Positions 28,045-35,360 of a stretch of 35,360 nucleotides of DNA are shown piece after piece. Where the stretch lies: contig WJKI01000057.1 in NCBI GenBank assembly GCA_014729195.1, forward strand, positions 1 through 35,360, given 5' to 3'. Below the pieces are notes generated by a model. It was not told the origin of the DNA. It was given only the letters and a program-made list of their open reading frames with translations, and did not search any database. The DNA is from Candidatus Woesearchaeota archaeon. GTDB lineage: Archaea; Nanobdellota; Nanobdellia; Woesearchaeales; ARS49. Numbering within the stretch: the first letter of the stretch is position 1; each line of letters begins with the position of its first letter. The position numbers were made by a program, and so were the translations under genes.

Positions 28045-28644
28045 CTAATGAGAAGAAAAATCACTAAACTCATAACCCCTTAAAATCTTCTCCAACTTAT
28101 CCCAGCATAGGTGATGAGTCAACACAGGATTGCGTATTCTTTTATCAAAATAATACCTGCAGGTAAATTTTACTATCGGCTCCAGACCGACAAATTCCGT
28201 TTTATCAGTTAAAAAATCTTTTATCTCCTTAATAGAACATTTGAACTGGCTTTCTGCACGGGTATACCCCGCAGTTTCTTTTCCAGTTTCAGAATCAACC
28301 ACATAGACAGCAGCATAAACACCAAAAGGATTCATGGCACAGCGCATCAATACTGATTTCATTTCTTTATTATCCCCGGGAGGCATGATAATTATTTCAG
28401 GACCCACTGCTTTTTTTTCAGCCAAAACACAACCGCAACCAACTATCAGTGCATCTCGCAACCTATCTGGCGCACTTAAGCAAGCGATTTCTGCATTTGC
28501 CTTTGCCTGCGTTAACGCAGTCTTAACAGCATTACCCTCAACAGCACTAACATCAAAACCAGGAATCCACTGATGAGGAATATCCCTTTTCTTCAAAAAC
28601 CTTGACGGAAATTCTTCATTTGCAATCACATATAATTCAGTCAT
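28045..28644 (-). CDS. Degenerate Maf-like paralogue
   Basis: Colinear with Maf (LYV, DIP, AKANA, LIVGCGCV, IIMPP, YAAVYVV) but catalytic motifs altered; start at MTELYV. Confidence 0.6.
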   Translation of the reverse strand: MTELYVIANEEFPSRFLKKRDIPHQWIPGFDVSAVEGNAVKTALTQAKANAEIACLSAPDRLRDALIVGCGCVLAEKKAVGPEIIIMPPGDNKEMKSVLMRCAMNPFGVYAAVYVVDSETGKETAGYTRAESQFKCSIKEIKDFLTDKTEFVGLEPIVKFTCRYYFDKRIRNPVLTHHLCWDKLEKILRGYEFSDFSSH

Positions 28645-28760
28645 GCAGTATATTCTCAACAAGGCATTTAAATTAATTTATCGTCTCTAAAATATATTTC
28701 ATAATAAACTGTATACTCTATCACAATAGACTTTAATAAATCTCTTGTTTTAATCTGATT

Positions 28761-30818
28761 ATGCTCCTGAAATCTCTTTATCTGGAAAACATACGAAGCT
28801 ACACTTCACAAAAAATAGAATTTCCCTCTGGAATTGTTTTATTATCCGGAGATATTGGCTCTGGAAAATCAACAATCCTGCTGGCCATTGAATTTGCACT
28901 GTTCGGAATACTGCCCGGAGAATTATCAGGAGGAACATTGCTGAGAAACGGAGAAGACAAAGGAACAGTAGAAATAATCTTTGAACTCAACAACCAAAAA
29001 ATAAAAATTCAAAGAACCCTGAAAAAAACCAAAACATCTGTGACACAAGGAAACGGCCACATCATAAAACAAGGAATAAAAAAAGACATGACGCCGGTAG
29101 AACTAAAAACCGCAGTGTTTGACTTGCTCGGATATCCCAAAGAAATGCTCACAAAAAGCAAAAATATCTACCGATTTACAGTCTATACTCCGCAGGAAGA
29201 CATGAAGCGGATTTTAATGGAAAAAAAAGAAGACAGACTTGATGTTCTCAGAAAACTATTCGACATAGACAAATACAAAAGAATTCAGGACAATACTTCA
29301 TTATATGTCAGGCAGATAAAAGAAAACCAAAAAGAAAAAGCAGGAATAACATCAGATCTGGAGGAAAAGAAAAAAAACAGAGATGCAAGGCAAAAAGAAT
29401 TTATACTCGCAGAAAAGAAATTACACGAATTAAAACCAAAAGTAGACGCGGCAAAAATAAAAGTGCAGCACAAACAAAAAATAATAACCGAAATTGAAAA
29501 AAGACAAAAAACATTAACTGAACTAAAACAAAAAATTGCAGTAATAGAGTCTGAAATAACCAGTAAAAAAGAACAGCACAAGACCAATCTCTCACAGGCA
29601 AAAGAACTCGAAAAGGAAACAACAAAATTAAGAGAAGAACTTTCGGGAACTGAAATAAAAAAATCTTTTATCGAAGAAATCGACTCATTAAACAAAAAAA
29701 TACAAAAAATATCCAAGGAAACACAAGCAATCCTTGAAAAGAAAACAATCCGCGAAACAGACAAAAAAAGAAGCGAAGAACTGAAGAAAAAAATAGCTGA
29801 ACTTAACAATTGCCCCACTTGCCTGCAAATCGTCGACAAAAACCACAAAGAACAAATTGCCTTTAAAGAAGACGAAAAAATACAGGAATTAATTTTACAT
29901 ATTGACAAACATTTAAAAGAAATATCTGAAAAAGAAACAATCAAAAAAGAACTGGAAAATAAAATAGAAGAACTGCGCAAAAAAGAGAAACAAACAGCAG
30001 AACTGCGAATAAAACAAAATACCCTTGAAAACAAAGAAAAACAGATTGATAATATCACGCAAACGCAGGAAAAACTTCTCAAAACAATAGACGCTGCTGA
30101 AACAGAAAAGGAGAAAATACAAACAGAAACAAAAAAATACAAAGATTTAGAAAAAGAACTGCAGGAGCACAAAAAAGAACTTAATTTCCTGCAGGAAACA
30201 GAGAAAAAAGAAGAAATAGAATTCAACAGGGCGGCAGAAAAAAAAGAAAACATAAAATCAATAATACAAGAACTTGATATGGAAATTAATAAAAAAGAAA
30301 AAATCCACTCTGAACTGATGAAACTAAATGACATAAAAAACTGGCTTTCAGACTATTTTATCAAACTGACAGAAACCATAGAAAAACAAGTAATGCTAAG
30401 AGTTTACCACGAATTCAACGAACTATTCCAGACCTGGTTTGATGCTCTGATAGCAGATGAAACCATTTCCTGCCGGCTAGACGATACATTCACTCCGGTA
30501 ATAATACAAAACGGATATGACGTGGATGTTGTTAATCTTAGCGGAGGAGAAAAAACCGCATGCGCACTTGCTTATAGACTTGCTCTGAATAAGGTAATCA
30601 ATGATTTAATCACAGGAATCAATACCAAGGAATTACTCATACTTGACGAGCCAACAGACGGATTTTCATCTGAACAACTAGACCAGATGAGAGATGTTTT
30701 AGAACAATTGAACATGAAACAAATAATAATAGTAAGCCATGAAACCAAAGTAGAAACATTTGCAGACCAAATAATAAAAGTACAAAAAAATGAACACATA
30801 AGTGAAATCCAGCAATAG
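28761..30818 (+). CDS. rad50: Rad50/SbcC SMC-like ATPase
   Basis: LENIRSY, Walker A GDIGSGKS, Q-loop YTPQ, CPTC zinc hook, LSGGE, LILDEPT, VSH. Confidence 0.9.
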   Translation: MLLKSLYLENIRSYTSQKIEFPSGIVLLSGDIGSGKSTILLAIEFALFGILPGELSGGTLLRNGEDKGTVEIIFELNNQKIKIQRTLKKTKTSVTQGNGHIIKQGIKKDMTPVELKTAVFDLLGYPKEMLTKSKNIYRFTVYTPQEDMKRILMEKKEDRLDVLRKLFDIDKYKRIQDNTSLYVRQIKENQKEKAGITSDLEEKKKNRDARQKEFILAEKKLHELKPKVDAAKIKVQHKQKIITEIEKRQKTLTELKQKIAVIESEITSKKEQHKTNLSQAKELEKETTKLREELSGTEIKKSFIEEIDSLNKKIQKISKETQAILEKKTIRETDKKRSEELKKKIAELNNCPTCLQIVDKNHKEQIAFKEDEKIQELILHIDKHLKEISEKETIKKELENKIEELRKKEKQTAELRIKQNTLENKEKQIDNITQTQEKLLKTIDAAETEKEKIQTETKKYKDLEKELQEHKKELNFLQETEKKEEIEFNRAAEKKENIKSIIQELDMEINKKEKIHSELMKLNDIKNWLSDYFIKLTETIEKQVMLRVYHEFNELFQTWFDALIADETISCRLDDTFTPVIIQNGYDVDVVNLSGGEKTACALAYRLALNKVINDLITGINTKELLILDEPTDGFSSEQLDQMRDVLEQLNMKQIIIVSHETKVETFADQIIKVQKNEHISEIQQ

Positions 30819-30865
30819 AAAAGTATATAAATAAGCAGAAATCTGAACTATATATAGGGGTAATA

Positions 30866-32281
30866 ATGAAAAAAATAGGTTTGATGCTCTTGTCGGTACT
30901 TATTCTAGCCACAGCAGTCTATGCCCAAGACTTCTCAGCATCACTCTTATCCCATTCTGACTCAATAAAACAAAACGAAACAGCAAAATACTCACTAATG
31001 ATATCACACCCATACGGGACACCGCAAACATTTGAAGTCTACTCAACAGACATACTGTGGGATGTAAGAACAAAAGACACCCTAATAGTAGAACCAGGAA
31101 AAACACTTGAAACAGAACTTTATTTACGTCCATTAAACCTAAATCCAGGACTATACAGCATACCAATCCACATCAAAAAAACAGGAACAGACCAAATAGT
31201 AAAACAACACGTGCAACTGGAAGTACTCTCACAAAGACCGCCAGTAGCAACATACCTGCCAGCAATAAGAGGAACAGTGACAATGGCACGCAAGGCAGAT
31301 CCAAAAGATCCAATAAGAGTATATGTCCGCCTGGAAAATCAAAACAAAAAACTACTAAAAAATGTCCAAATAAAACTAAGAAGCAATGTAATAAACAAAG
31401 ACTATGATGCTGAACTAAAACCGCAAGAATCCAAAAAATTTACATTTGAAGCAATAGTAGACCCATACACATCCCCGCAAAAAGACGTGATGAAAGTAAC
31501 AGTAGTAGTGCAGGAAGCAGGAGAAGTATACCAGTTTGACCTCAACCCCGTGGAATTCACAGTCATAGAATACAGCGACTTTATAAAACTAAAAGAAGAA
31601 ACAACCAAAGAAACATTCAAGACAATAACGGAAATATGGCTGGTAAACGAAGGAAACACCCATTTACAGGAAAAATACTACCTACCAACAAATTTCATTG
31701 AAAGCATGTTCACAATAACAGAACCAGAATCCGAACGAATGAGAACACAACTGGCATGGGAACTGGACATTCCAAAAGGACAAACACAAAAAATAGTAAT
31801 AGTTACCAATTACAGGCCATTGGCATTTCTGATAACTGCCTTTATTGTGCTAATAATCGCTTATTTTATTTTCCGAAGCCCCATCATAATGAGAAAACAA
31901 GCAGCAGTAATAGGAACACAAGAAGGAGGAATATCAGAACTAAAAGTTCTCCTAACAATAAGAAACAGAAGCAAAAATAAAGTAAAACACCTAAAAATAA
32001 TAGACTTAGTCCCCCGCATAGCTTCCCTGAAAACAGATTCAGAAATAGGAACAGTAAACCCAGACAAAGTAGTCCGCAATGAACTCCAAGGAACTATCTT
32101 AAAATGGCATCTTGACTCAATAGATCCAGGAGAAGAACGACTGATATCCTATAAAATACAATCAAAACTAAGCATCTTAGGAGGAGTGACTCTACCCGTT
32201 GCTGTAGCAAAATTTTCAACACTGCGCGGAAAAATCAGACATTCTAATTCTAACAAAGCAAGAATTGGATTTCTAGGATAA
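30866..32281 (+). CDS. Membrane-anchored protein with Ig-like domains on both sides of a TM helix
   Basis: Signal peptide, beta-rich domains, internal TM (LAFLITAFIVLIIAYFIF), C-terminal DUF11/BatD-like IIDLVP...PGEERLISY. Confidence 0.75.
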   Translation: MKKIGLMLLSVLILATAVYAQDFSASLLSHSDSIKQNETAKYSLMISHPYGTPQTFEVYSTDILWDVRTKDTLIVEPGKTLETELYLRPLNLNPGLYSIPIHIKKTGTDQIVKQHVQLEVLSQRPPVATYLPAIRGTVTMARKADPKDPIRVYVRLENQNKKLLKNVQIKLRSNVINKDYDAELKPQESKKFTFEAIVDPYTSPQKDVMKVTVVVQEAGEVYQFDLNPVEFTVIEYSDFIKLKEETTKETFKTITEIWLVNEGNTHLQEKYYLPTNFIESMFTITEPESERMRTQLAWELDIPKGQTQKIVIVTNYRPLAFLITAFIVLIIAYFIFRSPIIMRKQAAVIGTQEGGISELKVLLTIRNRSKNKVKHLKIIDLVPRIASLKTDSEIGTVNPDKVVRNELQGTILKWHLDSIDPGEERLISYKIQSKLSILGGVTLPVAVAKFSTLRGKIRHSNSNKARIGFLG

Positions 32282-32334
32282 ACAAGCCATTCTCGAAAAC
32301 TTTATAAAGATTTGAACAGTTGTTTTTACTAAGT

Positions 32335-32492
32335 CCCTGTGTAGCTCAATGGTGGAGCGTCCGGCTGTAGAAACATATCAGACTATAAGCATAAGATGCT
32401 AAGAATGATGATAAGTCAGCTGGAACCGGAAGGCTGCCGGAGATTTTCATAAACACTGTGAAAATCGGCGAATTCGAGTCCGGCCACAGGGA
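32335..32492 (+). tRNA. trnY: tRNA-Tyr(GTA) with two introns (32371-32424 at 37/38; 32441-32472 at 53/54)
   Basis: Acceptor CCCTGTG/CACAGGG + A73, D-stem GCTC/GAGC, anticodon stem TCCGG/CCGGA, T-stem GCCGG/CCGGC with TTCGAGT after removing intron 2; TTTATAAA at 32301. Confidence 0.92.
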
Positions 32493-33210
32493 TGTTTTTT
32501 AATATATTAATTCTTTCAGGATACTTAGTGTGCGCAGGACAGAAACCGGTTTTTTGCCAGAGAATCAATTTTGTTAAATGCTTAGGATTTCTAAAACCAA
32601 TACTATCCATCCATTTTTTTAGATTCTCAATACCATTTATATTAATGCAAAAACTAGGGTAATCCGCGGGATTGCCAAAACCAGTTTTCCTAATCCTTCT
32701 TGTGTATGTATAAGAAATGCCCAGCATACTAATTACTTCACAAATGTCTTGTATAAGTTTATTCGAAGCAAATTCTGCTGAAATTACCGGATAATAATTT
32801 ATTTGTTTATGTCTTTTTTTAAAAGTCAAACAGAAATCAGTATCTGCTAATCCTCGCATAAAAGATAATAAGAATTTCTTGTTTTGCTTTATTTTCTTAG
32901 GAATCTGTATTATTCTTGCTTTTTTACCGGCTTTTAATCCATTTTCTTCAAAAAATTCTAAAATAAATTTGAAATTTAAACGCAATCTCAAACAATCTTT
33001 ATTGACTATTAATTTCGGAATAATTCCGAATTGTTCTGAAAATAATTTAATTAGAATTTTGAAAAAATCTGGCTCGTCGATTAAATCTCCAAAAACTTCC
33101 ACTTTATAATCTGTTCGTTTAGAAGAAATATACTTAGTGATACACCCATCACCTGCTACAACTCCGATAAGATAGGCTGTATCTGAATTAAGATCGGGTG
33201 AATAAGACAT
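32416..33210 (-). CDS. Free-standing double-motif LAGLIDADG homing-endonuclease-like protein
   Basis: AYLIGVVAGDGCI and SFMRGLADTDFC motifs; WMDSIGFRNPKH. Confidence 0.85.
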   Translation of the reverse strand: MSYSPDLNSDTAYLIGVVAGDGCITKYISSKRTDYKVEVFGDLIDEPDFFKILIKLFSEQFGIIPKLIVNKDCLRLRLNFKFILEFFEENGLKAGKKARIIQIPKKIKQNKKFLLSFMRGLADTDFCLTFKKRHKQINYYPVISAEFASNKLIQDICEVISMLGISYTYTRRIRKTGFGNPADYPSFCININGIENLKKWMDSIGFRNPKHLTKLILWQKTGFCPAHTKYPERINILKNIPVAGLEFADFHSVYENLRQPSGSS

Positions 33211-33314
33211 ACTTTTATAAAGTGTTACTGATTTATAAATACTGCGCCAGACTGGCCAGTGGCGTTAATTTTTATGTCAGAACGTTTTTAAACTTATAAA
33301 ACTGGTAAAAACAC

Positions 33315-34139
33315 ATGAAAAGAATACTACCAACAGCATTAAGCATAATACTTGCATGTTGTTCATCTACAAAACCGATACAACTCACAGAAACACAATT
33401 AAATCCAATACCTGTCGGCGCACAAGAACAAACAATAAAACAAAAAAGAGAAAATTTACTTGAAGAAATACTTGAACAAAACCCCTGCAAGCACATTAAA
33501 AAAATAATATACTACGAAGACGAAAACAAAGACACCTTCTGCAAACTAATAGAACAAGAATACAACGCAACCAGAGCCCAAAGCACAAAACTCTGGCACG
33601 GACTAGCAACAAGACAAGAAGAATACGCAGCACTAACCCTAAGCTCAAGACAACAAACAGCTCAAGGAAAACAATCTATATGCGTAATATTTCCAAAACT
33701 ATTCCAAATAAGAGAAAACAAAGAAGACATCCTAAGCTGCATAGTAGACCACGAATACATACACGCAAAAGACAATTTTGAAGGAATAATACTCTGCAAT
33801 GAAAAAATAACAAATGAAATAATAAAAAAAATCAAACCCCTGAATTACCAGGACATACTGGAACTAAGAGCATATTCCCATCAACTGGAACAGATAGAAA
33901 AAGGAAAAAGAAAAACAAGCAAATCATGCAAAAAAGAAGCAATATACAAATACACCGAAGCATACATCAGAGTCCGCGACCAAAAAAACAAATACGCAAA
34001 CCAAGCACTCAAACAAGCACCATACTTTCCATTCCCCGACATTCCAAATGACAAACTTCTTTTATACAGAAAAGAAAATCTGCCCAAAATAAAAGAACAA
34101 TTAAGAAAATACCTAAAAGAATCATTCAAAGACAAATAA
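33315..34139 (+). CDS. Putative secreted/lipoprotein zincin metallopeptidase
   Basis: Signal/lipobox ILACC; HEYIH (HExxH) with downstream ELRAY. Confidence 0.7.
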   Translation: MKRILPTALSIILACCSSTKPIQLTETQLNPIPVGAQEQTIKQKRENLLEEILEQNPCKHIKKIIYYEDENKDTFCKLIEQEYNATRAQSTKLWHGLATRQEEYAALTLSSRQQTAQGKQSICVIFPKLFQIRENKEDILSCIVDHEYIHAKDNFEGIILCNEKITNEIIKKIKPLNYQDILELRAYSHQLEQIEKGKRKTSKSCKKEAIYKYTEAYIRVRDQKNKYANQALKQAPYFPFPDIPNDKLLLYRKENLPKIKEQLRKYLKESFKDK

Positions 34140-34237
34140 AGACACACAACCCTTTCTTAAACTCTCATCTTAACAATGTCATGCTGTTCTTTATTTACGC
34201 AAGATTTAAAAACTATCTTAATTTATTTGCCTTACAA

Positions 34238-34369
34238 GCCCCAGTAGTGTAGTGGCCTATCATGGAGCCCTGTCGAGTAACCTTTTAAAAAAAGGTTAAT
34301 CAAAACAGCGGACTAAATTCCGCCGTGCATAGAAAGGCTCCGACCTGGGTTCGACTCCCAGCTGGGGCG
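34238..34369 (+). tRNA. trnD: tRNA-Asp(GTC) with 59-nt intron at 37/38 (34276-34334)
   Basis: GCCCCAG/CTGGGGC + G73; GAGCC/GGCTC; CTGGG-TTCGACT-CCCAG; BHB helix CUGU/AUAG; TTTAAA about 28 nt upstream. Confidence 0.95.
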
Positions 34370-34371
34370 TT

Positions 34372-34731
34372 TTAAACCCTTAACAAATGTTCTGTGCAGG
34401 TAGAAACTATTCTTAATCTTTTGTCATCAGGCATGTCGCGCTCAATAACTTTTTCTAACTGAGCTTTACTTTTTTCAGGACATATTCTGCGCAGCAAAGA
34501 TTTTAAATCAATTTCGCTTTTATCAGGATTACAAACAGTCATGGTGACAGTTGTTTTACCCTTACTATCTGAAAGATACTCCAGGGATAATTCCTTTCCA
34601 TACTGCAATGCCTGCTTCAATGCCTGACCTTCATCAGAACCAGGAAATTCCTTTTCAACAATTGCTACATCATCATGTTTGCCACCCAAACATGTTACAC
34701 CGTGTGTTATTTCATAAGATGCATTATACAT
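34372..34731 (-). CDS. Hypothetical protein (~119 aa)
   Basis: GGGAGG SD before ATG 34731 (MYNASYE). Confidence 0.65.
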   Translation of the reverse strand: MYNASYEITHGVTCLGGKHDDVAIVEKEFPGSDEGQALKQALQYGKELSLEYLSDSKGKTTVTMTVCNPDKSEIDLKSLLRRICPEKSKAQLEKVIERDMPDDKRLRIVSTCTEHLLRV

Positions 34732-34847
34732 TTTAAATACCTCCCACAAAGACTATTAAGAGTGTAATTTATTTAAGCTTTTTGATGTATTTAAACCACA
34801 CTTTTAAATACTATTTCTGTTTTATATTGATAAGGAGGGATGCTAAC

Positions 34848-35246
34848 ATGAATAAAAACGCACCGTTATTTGGAATAATCACAACAATATTTGTTGTAGT
34901 TCTGATATTAGGGGCAATTCTTTACGGCTTTCCAAAATACAATGTTTGGAGAAAAGAACTAAGCGGAAAAGCCCAGCTAAAAGAAGCAGAGTGGAGCAGA
35001 CAAATAGCAGTAGAAGAAGCAAAAGCAAGAAAAGAAAGCGCAATATTAGACGCAGAAGCAGAAATAGAAAGAGCAAAAGGAGTAGCAAAAGCTAATAAAA
35101 TTATAGGAGACAGTCTTAAAGGAAATGAGGCATATCTAAGATATTTATGGATACAAGGATTACAGGATGAAACAAGCGAAGTAATCTATGTGCCAACAGA
35201 AACAAACCTTCCAATACTGGAAGCAACAAGAGGACTGCAAAGATAA
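34848..35246 (+). CDS. TM + coiled-coil protein resembling SPFH/prohibitin C-terminal region
   Basis: AGGAGG SD; N-terminal TM; EAEIERAKGVAKANKIIGDSL...YLRYLWIQ...VIYVPTE. Confidence 0.75.
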   Translation: MNKNAPLFGIITTIFVVVLILGAILYGFPKYNVWRKELSGKAQLKEAEWSRQIAVEEAKARKESAILDAEAEIERAKGVAKANKIIGDSLKGNEAYLRYLWIQGLQDETSEVIYVPTETNLPILEATRGLQR

Positions 35247-35308
35247 TTTTTTAATTTATATTTTGTTGTATCTAAAGATTTAAATAAGATGCAGGGTTAT
35301 TGATTAAT

Positions 35309-35360
35309 ATGAGCATAGACAACATAATTCAAAGAGCAACAATAGTTTTTCCACAGGGAA
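35309..35360 (+). CDS. Start of a gene truncated by the window edge (MSIDNIIQRATIVFPQG...)
   Basis: ATG about 25 nt after TTTAAATA; open to window end. Confidence 0.5.
   Translation, partial: MSIDNIIQRATIVFPQG

Noticed and set aside
29285-30334. 349-aa minus-strand ORF and similar shadows (4081-4542, 7748-8200, 10353-10910, 24789-25319, 25999-26655)
   Set aside because: Antisense or off-frame to well-supported genes; low-complexity F/S/L or K/Q/N content caused by strand composition bias
32493-34237. Integrative element between the two tRNAs
   Set aside because: No integrase and no duplicated tRNA 3' end (att site) found

Overview
A 35.4 kb AT-rich archaeal chromosome segment, most consistent with a DPANN lineage such as Woesearchaeota (inference). 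The archaeal assignment rests on TATA-type promoters with mostly leaderless genes, GAGGTGA Shine-Dalgarno sites, Taw3, a tRNA-Tyr with C1-G72 and tRNA introns with bulge-helix-bulge (BHB) splice motifs. Housekeeping content includes malate dehydrogenase, an Lrp/AsnC regulator, an S26 signal peptidase, a PP2C phosphatase, an MNT-HEPN fusion, Taw3, a bacterial-type MetRS, Maf plus a degenerate Maf paralogue, Rad50/SbcC and many Ig-like surface proteins or lipoproteins. There are two intron-containing tRNAs: Tyr-GTA with two introns and Asp-GTC with one. The most interesting signals are: (1) the first tRNA-Tyr intron contains a canonical kink-turn plus an 8-nt antisense element to its own anticodon arm ending next to U35, resembling a cis-acting guide RNA; (2) an orphan ~85-nt GC-rich hairpin with its own TATA box near 13.0 kb; (3) a half-size MFS plus RelE-type toxin-antitoxin (TA) cassette bracketed by 85-bp direct repeats; (4) a frameshifted toxin coupled to a Zn-finger/AbrB antitoxin; (5) a free-standing LAGLIDADG endonuclease running antisense into the tRNA-Tyr; (6) a Lit/DUF1461 homologue beside a lipoprotein; and (7) two small proteins missed by the ORF track. 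All family assignments come from reading motifs by eye; no searches were run.
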